A stretch of 64,000 nt of DNA from Camelus ferus. Its lineage: Eukaryota. Position numbers and translations under genes: made by a program. The first letter of the stretch is position 1. Each line of letters starts with the position of its first letter. This document shows positions 49,731 through 61,959 of the stretch, in pieces. Under the pieces are notes generated by a model that was not told the DNA's origin, searched no databases, and was given only the letters and a program-made list of their open reading frames with translations. The stretch is taken from NCBI RefSeq assembly GCF_009834535.1, contig NC_045697.1, positions 9,798,001 through 9,862,000 on the forward strand, in the 5' to 3' direction.

Positions 49731-52700
49731 CTTCGCAAGCAGCGTTTCCTAACGTGTGGTACATTTGCCCCTTCTGGTACCCAAGGTGATTTTTGATGGT
49801 GCACAAACACACATTAAAATAAACACAGGACTATTACAGTTTAAGAACATTCCTTAGAAAATACAGAATTGGCAGAAATCTGTGATATTACAGTGGTGCT
49901 AGACTTGAATCCATTTAAAAAGAAGAATATATAAATATGAGTATAGTTGTCATGAAGATAAGGCAAACATTGTAAAGGTTTTGTGAATCTACCTTCCTGG
50001 TTAATTAGCATTATGGTTGAATGTGTAAATATTTATTTAAGGGATAAACAAGGAATGGAGTAAAGGTCAGGAAGTTAGTTAAACTAGGTAAAACTACGAA
50101 GTACCCCTGGCAGATGCTTTAACTCTGAGCCTCTGTTTACTGAGATATAAAAAAAATGAGTTATAATCCCACATTTTTAAGTCTCATGAAATTGTTAAAA
50201 AATTATTTTGAATTTTTAACAAAAAAATGCCATAAAAATATAACTGCAGATAAGCTTTTACTGTTGAACAGATTGTGTTCTTCAATTCAATTTGAAATCT
50301 AGTGGAATTGGCTAGGGGACACTGCCACTTTTGAATAATTCTAATGCCGTAGAAGAATCCATATTTAACATCCAGAAGCACTTTCAGGAAGCCACGTTAT
50401 TATATAAGAATGAGTAGATTGTCTGAAAACCAAAGGTTTTACTGTCTGTTAGAATGACAGCTTTAATGTTTATATTTCTAAGCGTATAAATCTTAAACTT
50501 TTTATTATCAATAATAAAAAAATAAATAAATAATTACAAAGATTTCCGTAATAGTAAGGAAGAATACAAAATGAGGTATCATTTGAGTATTTGTTTCTAT
50601 TTCTGTATAGGGATAACTGTACTCTCTTCATATGTCACCCAAGGGAAATTAGTACATATAATTTTTTTGAAAAGGGGTACAGAGCAGAAGTATGGGGGTT
50701 AGTATTAGCAAGCTGATTTGAAATGCACATTTGTTGTGATTAGCCACACACAGCCATGTTTGTAATCAAGAACTTGCTCTGCTTTGCGGGGAAGTTATGT
50801 GTATCTTTTAATTAAGATACTCAGTACTCAGTAATGAAATTGTATTAAGTATATAAAGTCATGAAAATAGGAAATATGAGTATACAATCAGTTCTTTTTT
50901 TATCCTGATGTAAGTGAAGTAGATAATAGCAGATTTATTTTGGATCTTGAAAAGAATTACGATTTGGGGAGTGTATCTCCTTACTTTTGGCTTTTTAGAG
51001 TGAAAAGAATGTCTTTGGTTTCACCGTTAAAGAACTTTAACCTTTAAATATTTCTAGTTGATTTGATATGTTTACCTATCCCTTCCTACAGCTGAAGTAA
51101 TTCAGGTACCACAACTGTAGCTAAGAGTCAATACCTCAGGGCACAAAGGTCTTAATGTTAGAATGTTAGAATCATCCTATTTCTTTTTTAGTAGCTGTGA
51201 GTTGGAACCTAAATAAGATCATTTGTAACGCAGGACCAAACTGTAAAGTCAGTTGTATAGGAAAGGTTTTCAGGCTTTTCTCACATTCTTATTTCCTCCA
51301 TTAAAAAAAAAAAAAATGTATACATAAGTATAAATGTATATAATATATATTTTAACACACATGCACATATATATATTTACATATGTATGTTAAATAGCCA
51401 ATTCTTCACTTTTTTATAATGCTTTAAAAAATTTATGTACCTGAAATTTAATATTCTAAATATAGTATTTTTATATAATAATTTAATTTTGATTAAAGCA
51501 TAATGAATACTAGTAATTTAATGATTTTCTTTTCTCACTGAGGATTTCTGATAATTCTGATTCATAGTTATGGTGGAACATATACCTGAAATTCACATAG
51601 AAATACTGGTAGAAAAGTGAGCACACACACCACTGTTAAGCATGATGGTAGCAGATTGGTTATTTTCATGACAGGGACTAGGAAATGTTTCACATGGTTT
51701 AGCTTCATCTGCAGTCAGATCTATTTTTGGTTATGTAGAGACTTGGAATCTGAGAGTTGTCCAAAAAATAAGCAGAATAACTCTTTGCAGGATTCTAAAA
51801 TTCCTCAGGTATGAGATAGTTGGAGAAATTTTTTAAATAATGTGTTCAAGCCCAGGAATGAGATGAAACCTAAGATTCTGTGAACATTTGTACATATTTT
51901 CACTATTTTAGTATTGAATAGCCTCAGCTAAGAACGTAAACTGGTTATGAAGTCATTAATTTTCTCATTAGGTCATGAATTATGTTGCATATTATTACTT
52001 CATCATAATTCATACTTTAAGTTTGATGAAAGCAGTTTCATTTGCTTTATAAATGTTCGACCCTCTAAACCCTTGAATGAAATTCTCCAAAGCAGATTTA
52101 TACTGGATTAATGCCATTAGATCAGGCCTAAGGATAAACAGGAAGCCCAACTTCTAAGACTTGTGCTGTAAAGTGTTTCTGGGCCTGTTGACCGTTTCTA
52201 TGCTTAATACAACTATTAAGACTTCAGGGGAATTCATTCTTCTATAGCCTCTTCATATAGCTCCTTTTAAAATTCCTGCTGTCTGATTTTCCACAGCTGA
52301 TCTCTCATCTCTTTAAGACACTGTTTTTTTTAAAGGCCTGTGTAAGTCTTAGAAGACCTAGACAACAGAATTCTAAATGCCACTTCTACCCCTACCCTCA
52401 CCCTAAACTAATAAAGGTCAGGTAAGCTATACACACACACAAACACACACACACACACGCAGCAGCATATCAGCTAATACATAGTAGAATGGCAGAGATG
52501 CAAATGAAGTTATTTTATATAAAAGACTCTGATGTAACCCTTGTATTTATTGACTTATTCCTTAAATGTAGGTGGTAAAGAGTTGGCAAGTTTGTTTTTC
52601 CTCCCTTGTATTATCAGGTAACTAATGCTGTGTCCTCACCTTGTAGGCATACTTCTCTGTATTAAAGCCTTAGTATAAAATTAAAAATATATCTTGTAAA

Positions 52701-53846
52701 ATCTCTATAATAGAATGTATTTAATGATGTGAAATGTTTTCTTTTTATCTTTAAATTTTATACTTTTGGAGAGACTTCATTTCTAACAACTTTTATTACA
52801 TATTTTGATTTGAGATTTATTCAATATTAAATTTTTCCCAGGCCTAAAAAATTCTGTAACATGAATCAAGATCTTAATTTTGACAGTGGTTTTTTGGTTT
52901 ACTGCCTTGATTTCATATGCTAATTACAGTAGAAATACTCATTGTATACTCAGATTTGGAGGAGGAGTTATTTTAAAACAAGTTGTGAATTTTATCAAAC
53001 TGGTACTTTCTTATGAAAAATAAATTGCAGTATTTTTTTCTCCATAAGGAATTATGTAAACTGCTAGTAACATAGATGGAAATATTTCCTGCTTTATACT
53101 CTTACAATATTCAACAAATGTACTATTCTTCGATGATACTAATAATTTGTATCTGAATCCCTCCTACTCTGGAGGAAGAGACTTATAAACACTTAGACAG
53201 CCGTTATAAAATGTACCAAAAAGACTGAAAGCATTATTAGCTATAGTATATCAGTAATCATTTCTTCAGCTAAGCAAGTTTGAACATGGGTTGATATCTT
53301 TGCATTCTATCCATTTAAGCTCTACGGGCTTCAGAGGTTTAATACCGTTTACATCTTTTCACACTTCTATGTCTTCCAGTTACGTTTTCCATTCAGGGCT
53401 TGGTATAAGGTGAATAGGATCTGAATAGGTACTTGTTGAACAGTACATGCTATGTCACTCTTTGTGATAAGTAGAAAAATAAGGATTTAATTCAAGTGGT
53501 TTCTATTCATTGGGAAAATTGTTCAGAATGCCATTTAACCATAAAGTGTTACCTATTCCTATCCTGATCAGATGAAACAAATATTTATTAACACAAATGA
53601 GAATAAATTATGTATTTCCTATTAATTTCACAGTTTTTATGAAGTTCAGATGATACATATATAATAGAAGTGCTTTTTAAATATTAAACACCATGCAGAT
53701 GTTATATGATGACATTGTGGTAGCTCGTAAAACAAAGTAGCACTAATTTCCAGATGCCCACATAGCTTTTCATATCATAAATATTTGTATATGTGGGCCT
53801 ATTTTTAGTTCTGACATTTTACAATTTGTCCTTTGTTTACATGCAG

Positions 53847-53870
53847 CAAGGAGTTATGGGCGAAGACGAG
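53847..53870 (+). CDS. CPEB2: CPEB2 24-nt microexon (8 aa, ARSYGRRR)
   Basis: ctttgtttacatgcag|CAAGGAGTTATGGGCGAAGACGAG|gtaatt. Branch-like CTGAC at 53811-53815. Phase 1-1; in frame with the preceding exon gives (A)RSYGRRR(G). Confidence 0.93.
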
Positions 53871-56800
53871 GTAATTCATTTCTGTTTGCTATGGTATAAC
53901 TGTTTCTAATTGGGTTTTACTGACCAATGTTATAATTAATTACCCCAGATTTATTATGCAATGTTTGGAAACTCACAAAAAAATTGCATTTTGATTTGAG
54001 CACTTGTCAAAGTTCTGAATCCTAAATATCTTAACCTTTAAAATACATTTTCATACTAATATGGTTATTTAATTTTTTTCATTTTAAACTGTCCAAATTT
54101 TAACTATTTTTTAAAGTTATTTGTGTATCTTTTAAAATAAACTTGCTATTTATAGTTTGCTTAAGAAATGTGTTTAATAAATACTAGTGAAAGTGACATG
54201 CAATATGATTTTTCTGCTTTCTCAATCTGTAACTGTCTTATCTATGGTGTATAATTTATAATTCTAGTTTATTAGTTTTGTGTTTGACCCAGGTAAAAAT
54301 AACAAATACCAAGCATTATTGTTAACACTGATATATAGAAATCATGTTACTGATATTTCTCTGTCTTCCAAGAATACAGTCTTTTCTCCCTCCCTCTAAC
54401 ACCACGCACGCATGTGCACTCGCACACACACACTTTCTCTCTCCCGCAGAAGTCTTCCCCTCAGAGTTCTGATCTTAAGGAAAAAGCGAGGACTGTGTGA
54501 CGGTGTACTATTCAGCTTCAGGAAAGCAGCTGACATTTTCTGGGCTTAAACTTTACTTATCTTTTCCATGCAAAAATTGAGGTAGGGAAAATAGATGAGA
54601 TGATGGGATGAGAAGAAGCAAAAGTAACTTCACACCACTAGCTTACCCTCTAAGTGACCATTGATCATACTATTTATATAGTTGTTGTAAGTGCCAACCT
54701 AAATAAAAGGATTTTCCTTGACCCCTAAAATCTCCCTTGAGCCGTGGAAGAGAGACAGTGATAATAGTGCCTTTTGATAAAGCTTATATATGGCCAGTGC
54801 TTCGGTTTCTTTTTATCTTGTCGTGAGTGTGTTTCTTTGAAAACAGACAAGCAAAATCTTTTGTCACCATTGACCACAGAAACTAGTATTTGATATTTGT
54901 GAGTAGCATTTCCAGTTTTGTATTTCACATTGCTGGAATGTAACTTCATTTTTAGAATCTGATTTCTTCAAATACTTCTCTGAATCTCTTGGTTCTTTAG
55001 TTTTCTAACTAAAAAATTAGAGGATATAGAAACTCAAAACTTAGAACACTAAAGCTGAATAACTTGCCAAAAATTGTTATTAGCAATGAGAGAAAGGGGG
55101 GGTAAGTTGAAAATTTTAGTGCCTGTTTTCAGATCTATGGGTCATTAGTGATCTAATCCATAGATCTAAAATTTTCACTTTGCTGTTTTAATATGGAGCT
55201 TCAATTCTCTTGAAAAAAAATCCATTTACCAGTCTGTGATTTTTAGGTATTTTTGTAACTGTAGAGCAATTTAGGATTCTTTTCTTTTTACACACTTTTC
55301 ATCTTTTAACCTTATTGATTTATACTTAATCTGCTTTGACATACTCCAATGTAAGTATCATGACTTACGGAGTTCTTAGGAGCAAAGTATAGGAAAGTCA
55401 TGTTGTTTATCTTCTTTTATCTCAGTTCACCAATTGTAGACTGTGATTATACCATTAAGAAAAAGTGAAAAATTCTGCCTTTAGATAGGAAGTTGCTACT
55501 ACTCATATACCTCTATCCTCTGGGAGCCATTAAGATTTCCTCTACTTTAGACCTGCCTCCCAGCATTGAAAGAAAGAAGACTTCTCACACGTGTTTAAGG
55601 CTTTCAGTAGAAGCCATCTTTAGGGCAGAACTGACAGTTGTCACACTTATTTGGCTCAGTATGGGGGGATAACACCTGAATTTTCCTCTCAAATTGTATG
55701 ACATCCGTAACTTTTTGTTTGGTCCTCTGTGAATAGTAGGAATCTGCTTTTAAAATTTTGGATTTGATAGTCAGATGAAAAGTATACCCATTAGAAATAG
55801 CTATTGAGAGATTTTATTTGAATTTGAAAGTACTTTAACACACTAAGTAATGACATTAAAAAACACACACACACACATACCAAAGGAATGACTCAGAAAG
55901 GGCTAGAAGTAGCCTGGCTCTCCTCCTATTTTCTACTTATTTTTTTCTTCTTTCTATGCTAGATGTTATGAGTACCACACTGATAACCTTTTAACTGCCA
56001 AGGACCCTTTTATGGGTTTCATGTTTTAGATTTGGTCTGTCAAAGAAAGTCCATTTATTCATTTATTTAGTCATTTTTCTCTTCCAAAAAAAAAAAAAAA
56101 CTCATACACATCAGATCTGTTGATGTGGATATGTCACACTGAGTTGACATATTTTTTGCCAAAAAGTAAGACATTTCTCTTTGTGGTGGGTGGACAGTAT
56201 TATTTTCCCAAGGCATTTTGACTTTATAGTCCAGTTTAGGAAGAACTATTTTTTTCTTTTTACTCTTGTCACCTTTGACTTAACTTTAAGTCCAGGCACA
56301 GAGTAGCTGTTTTCATTTAAAAGATTTCCTGCATGACTATAATAAAATCAAATTACTACCAAAATGAATTTATGTATTTTAGTATCCTTAATAATGTCAA
56401 TATAAGAACTTTAAACCAAACTGGCTGTAGATATTAATATATGAAATATACCTTAGAAATAACCAAAATTTAGTTATACTGAAAGTAGTTAAGAAAAAAA
56501 GATTTCTTTCCCTGCTTTTCAGTTGGAACCTGCCCCTACTCCTATGTATCTCTGTACCCTGGGAGCCATAAAGAGTTCTACTTCAGAGCTGCCTGGGGGC
56601 CAGGATTAGAAAGGAGGAGGACTCTCACATCTATCTTTTTCATGTATTGTCTGTTCAATGTTTATTCCATTCTGAGAATGAACATACTGGTCTGGGGTTG
56701 GAGTAGGGTGGAGGTTGTAAAGGGAGGTATGAAGTGTAACTTAAACTCCATCTCTTAACCTAAAATTATTTCCATTATTGCAGTGTATCCTTTTAATAAA

Positions 56801-57178
56801 AGATTAAAGGACTGCTATATTCTAAAAGGAGTAAAAGTATAGGATTATTTTAAATACTAGAAATAAAGAACCTATTTTAGTTAGTGGTACTAAACACCAC
56901 AAAGAAGTCTTTTCTAGCAGGGAAGCCCAAAGCTTTAGTTAGTCCATTTTAGTAGATTATATATGGAATGAGAAGATAAGAGAAATAATTTTAAAAGGAG
57001 TGAAATTATGGAAGTTCAGCTAGAGAGGCTGGATTTTGTTCACACTGTGTATGTGGTCATTCAGATTCATATGCTATAATGAAAAGGAACTAATTAGTAA
57101 TATAATATACCACGTATTAATTAAAAATTGACCTAAGATTTTCTGTGACTAGATTTAATTGAACTCATTTGACTTTTT

Positions 57179-57304
57179 TTGGTGGGGGGGGGGATTAGGT
57201 TTATTTACTTATTATTTTTTTTAGTTGAGGTACTGAGGATTGAACCCAGGACCCTGTGCATGTTAAGCATGCACTCTACCACTAAGCTATACCCTCCTTC
57301 CCCC
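57179..57304 (-). mobile_element. tRNA-Ala-derived SINE (camelid vic-1 type) with 17-bp TSD
   Basis: Minus strand reads GGAGGGTATAGCTTAGTGGTAGAGTGCATGCTTAACATGCACAGGGTCCTGGGTTCAATCCTCAGTACCTC plus an A-rich tail. TSD AACTCATTTGACTTTTT at 57162-57178 and 57306-57322. Confidence 0.88.
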
Positions 57305-57439
57305 AAACTCATTTGACTTTTTAACAGTCTTGTGAAGTAGCCAGAGTAAGTGTATACCCCCTAATATCACCACTGCCAAATCCTTTTAGGACAAAATCAA
57401 AATTGAAACTTTTTATCTTTGATAAATACTTTTTTCACA

Positions 57440-59430
57440 TTTTTTTGAATTATACTTTGCATACAATATTATATTATTTTCATATGTACAACATAGTGAT
57501 TCAATATTTTTTGCATTACAAAATGGTCACCATAAGTCTAATAACCATCGATCACGTAGAAAAGTTATAACAGTATCATTGACTCTGCTCCCTATGCCTT
57601 CATTACATCTCTGTGACTTACTTATTTTACAACTGAAAGTTGGTATCTTTTAATCCCTTTTATCTTTTCTTTCATCCCCAACTTACCTCCCCCTGGCAAC
57701 CTCCAGTTTGTTCTCTATATCTATGAGTTTGTTTCTGTTTTGTTTTGTTTATTCATTTTGTGTATTTTGTGTTGTTTTTTCAGATTCCACTTGTAAGTGA
57801 AATCATGCAGCATCTGTCTTTCTCTGACTTACTTCACTTAACGTAGTACCTTCTAGGTCATCCATGTTATCGCAGATGGCAAGATTTCATTCTTTTTTGT
57901 GGCTGAGTAATATTCCATACATACATACATACATGCATGCATACATACACACACACCACATCCTCTTTATCCATTCATCCATCGATGGACACTTAGGTTA
58001 TTTCCATCCATATCTTTTATATTGTAAATAATGCTGCAGTAAACGTAGGGGTACATAAATATCTTTTCAAATTTGTGTTTTCATTTTCTTCAGCTAATAC
58101 TCTGAAGTAGAATTGCTGGATTGTATGGCAGTTTTGTTTTTAATTTTTTGAGGAAATCTCTTTACTGTTCCCCATAGTGGTTGCATCAGTTTATATTCCC
58201 ACCATCAGTGCATAAGGGTTCCCTTTTCTCCACATGCATGCCAATATTTGTTATTTCCTGTGTTTTTGATAATAGCCGTTCTGACAGGTGTGAGTTGGTA
58301 TCTCACCATGGTTTTGATCAGCATTTATCTGATGATTACTGATGTTGAGTATCTTTTTGTGTGTCAGCTGGCCGTCTGTATGTCTTATCTGGAAAAAAGT
58401 GTCTATTCAGGTACTCTGCTTATTTTTTAATTCTTTTTGGAGGTATATTGAGTGTATAAGTTCTTTATATATTTTAACTATCAACCCCTATTTGGATATA
58501 TCATTTGCAAATATCATCTCCCATTCAGTTGATTGCCTTTTCAGTTATTTTGTTGATGGTTTCCTTCACTGTGCAAAGCTTTTTAGTTTAATGTGGTCCC
58601 TTTTGTTTTTGCTTTTGTTGTCTTTGCCTGAGGAGACATATTCAAAAAAAAATATTGCTAAAACCCATGTCAGAGAGCTCACTGCTTATTTTCCTTCTAG
58701 GAGTTTTATGGTTTTAGGTCTTACACTAAGTCTTTAAGTCATTTTGAGTTTATTTTAGTGTACAGTGTGAGAAAGTAGTCCAGTTAGATTCTTTTTGTGT
58801 AACTGTTCAATTTTCTGAGCACCATTTATTGAAGCAGCTGTCTTTTCCCATTGTATATTTTTGCTTTCTTTGTCATACAGATTAATTGACCATATAAGCG
58901 TGGGTTTATTTCTGGGCTCTCTGTTCTGTTCCATTGATCTTTGTGTCTGTTTCTGTGCCGGTGCTGTACTGTTTTGATTACTGTAGCTTTGTAGTACAGT
59001 TTGAAATCAGGGAGCATGATACTTCCTGCTTTATTCTTCTTTGTCAAGATTGCTTTGACTATTCAGGGTCTTTTGTGGTTCCATACAAATGTTAGGATTA
59101 TTTGTTCTAATTGTGTGAAAAATGCCATTGGTATTTTAATAGGAATTGCATTGACTCTGTAGCTTGCTTTGGGTAGTTTGGATATTTTAACAATATTAGT
59201 TCCTCCAATCCATGAGCACAGCATATCTTTCCATTTATTTGTGTCATTTTCAATTTCTTTCCTCAGTCTTATAGTTTTCAGAGTATAGGTCTTTCACCTC
59301 TTTGGTTAAATTTATTCCTAGGTATTTTATTCTTTTTGATGTGATTGTCCTTGGGAGTTTCCTGTCTTTCTCTTTCTGATAATTCATTATTAATATGTAG
59401 AAATGCAACAGATTTTGTGTATTAATTTTT
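57440..59430 (-). mobile_element. 5'-truncated L1 (ORF2 C-terminal part plus 3' UTR), antisense to CPEB2
   Basis: ORF 58826-59047(-) [25 protein letters not shown]...[12 protein letters not shown] is L1 ORF2; L1 3' UTR-type motifs at 57450-58000. Confidence 0.93.
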
Positions 59431-59495
59431 TGCGAACTATCAGAGAATGGGCAAAATCTTCAAAGCATGAAAAAAGCCAGGGTAATACTATAAGA

Positions 59496-59708
59496 CAGGG
59501 TCAGGAAACTATAACCTGCAAGCCATGCCTCTTATTTTTTTAAACAAAGTTTTATTAGAACACAACCATGCCTGTTTATTTGCTTTTTGTCTGGTTGCTT
59601 TGGAGCTACAATGATGAACAGTTAAGTAGTTGCAACAGAGAACCTATGGCCTCCAAGTCTAAAATATTTACTATCTGACCCTTTATAGAAAAAATTTGCC
59701 AGCCCCTC
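59496..59708. mobile_element. MER58A hAT-Charlie MITE
   Basis: cagggtcaggaaacta...aaagttttattagaacaca...agtagttgcaacagaga...aaaatatttactatctgaccctttatagaaaaaatttgccagcccct. Confidence 0.85.
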
Positions 59709-61959
59709 CTCCTTGAAGAGACTAACTCCACCTACTCCATACCTATACCTAGCTGTACCAACTTTTAAAAGAAATAAAATTTGAGTGAACATCTAGAAAT
59801 TAATTTACAAAGACATATAGACTACTAGGTTTTAGTTGATTTTTTATATATTCTATTGATTCTTCATGAGAAAAGGAGAAGCCTATTATTGGAGCAAAAT
59901 GTTTTAAGTAATAAATATACTTTATTGCTCCTGTCTCAGTTCCTTGGAAAAACACACCGATAGTTATTCTATGTGATTAAACAGGTGGTACTTGAAAGAG
60001 GTCAATATTGGACCTACTTCTGTTGTTTTGATAGTTTTTTTTTAATCCTTGCATATGAAATAAAAATCATGCCATCACACTGGTGAGTTATTTAACCCTA
60101 TAGAGTGGCTGCTGGGATCCTGGAAGATGGGAAGAATATTCATATTTATCTTTAATTAATAATAGTTTTGTATATGCTTTTATTTTTAAAACAATCAGCA
60201 AATGAAAGTGCAGGTTGTACATTGAGATCAAAGAATCGTGCTTACCTTTAAGCTACAAATTGACTAATTTTGCAGAAATGTTTTATTTTCCTCTCCTGCC
60301 TCCTCCCACTGATATGTTGGGAAATGTCTTTATTTTGGACTTCCAGAATAAGGCTAAAATCTGAAAAGCCAAGTATGATTATTAATGTTTGGGCATATTA
60401 GCATAGCCACCAGAGTCAGAGTAGTGATTGCCCATTACTTCTCTGGCTGCATCTGTGTGTCCTGCACATACAAGGAGACCAGATGTGGGGGCTGTAACCA
60501 CCAGTCTGTCATACAAGCATATTCATAAGTTCGTCTCTAGCTCCGTCTTCAGTTTAGAATGCTCACAATATAGTTTTTGTTATTGATTGTATAGAGCAGC
60601 AGTTTTTATAGAGATATAGAAAAGTTCCAAACCTTCTCTAATCATTTTATTGTATTTTGAAGTGAGTTATTTAAATCATGATTAACCACCACAAATGAGG
60701 CTCATATTTACAGTGGTTGCTGTTTTTCTCACTACAAGATCTTTGCCAATTTTCTGTTTTGGGAGAAGGTATATTTTTAGTCCTGTTACAGGAACACACA
60801 TTCTGTCATTTTGCCTTCATCTTGGAAGGATCTTGGTGACCTGTTAGAGCCCTGGCTGCATGGCCGCCATCTCAGACTGATTAGCAATGACTGGACAGTA
60901 TTGCATGTTCCTTTTTTGCTCTTTCACCTCTTTTTATTCCTCTGTCTATAATCTTTATTGTAACTACCATTTTATCTTTAAAAATTTTATTGTACATTTT
61001 TGATGGCTAACTTAATGTAAGCCAATTTACTTGAATTTGTGTTTGTGAGTAGGGCTTGTGAGCATAGTTAACACCTCATTTCTTCTACATTTTACCTTAA
61101 TATGGCCTTTGAAATGTTTCTGTGCTTTTGCTCAAACAAATACCTTCTACCTACGACACTTTTTCCCTCTTTCCTCCTCTACCCTTTTCTGTCTAAAATT
61201 ATTCAGTTTGTTTTAAATCTCTTAAAGAACCCTAAATTAGAATCCCACTCTAATCTTTGTTGACTGATCTCATATTACATTGTTATTAATTCTCATATTT
61301 TCTATTTGTACGTTATCCTATTATAAAACTTTAATTTGCCTTTCATTTGTATGTATATATATTTATATGCATGTGTGTGTGTGTATATATATATGTATAT
61401 ATACTTGTTATATAGACAAGAGTCCATGTGCATACATTTTTAGTTTATTTCACAATAATATATAGAGAATATAAATGAAGTGTTTGGTGTCAAGATCAAG
61501 TGATAATTTCTAAAATAAAAAACTTACCAATTCAAACGGTGCAACTCCAATTACATTTTAAAATTGTTTTGACCATGGAGCTTGCTAATCAGTATCCTTA
61601 GGTTTTGTCTGTTGCTGATTTTAACAGCATGGAAATCTCAGGTTTAAGATTATTTTCTGGAAGGTGGGGCTTCAGCCGTTTTGGCAAGTCACTCAGTTGT
61701 TCTGGGTCTCTCCCATGTATATATGTTATTCAAATTTTGTTTTATTTAAAGAAATTACTTTTCTGGAGGGATGAAAACACCCTAATACTTGTGGTAAGAG
61801 CCTCAGGAACAACCTTATCAGCTCTTCTTTTAAAAGAAGAAAACATTTTTTAAATTTCATAAGTAATTCCCTCTACATATTTATAAATTTCAGTCTCAGA
61901 TTAAGAGAAATTGTAAGATGACTGTTTTTTGTATAGAAATCATAGAAAAGAGAAATTAA

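Noticed and set aside
57225..57298. Possible functional tRNA-Ala gene
   Set aside because: Anticodon region altered (TTAACAT), and an A-rich tail plus TSD indicate a retroposed SINE.
58248..59047. ORFs in the 58-59 kb region as separate genes
   Set aside because: Fragments or antisense readings of a decayed L1.
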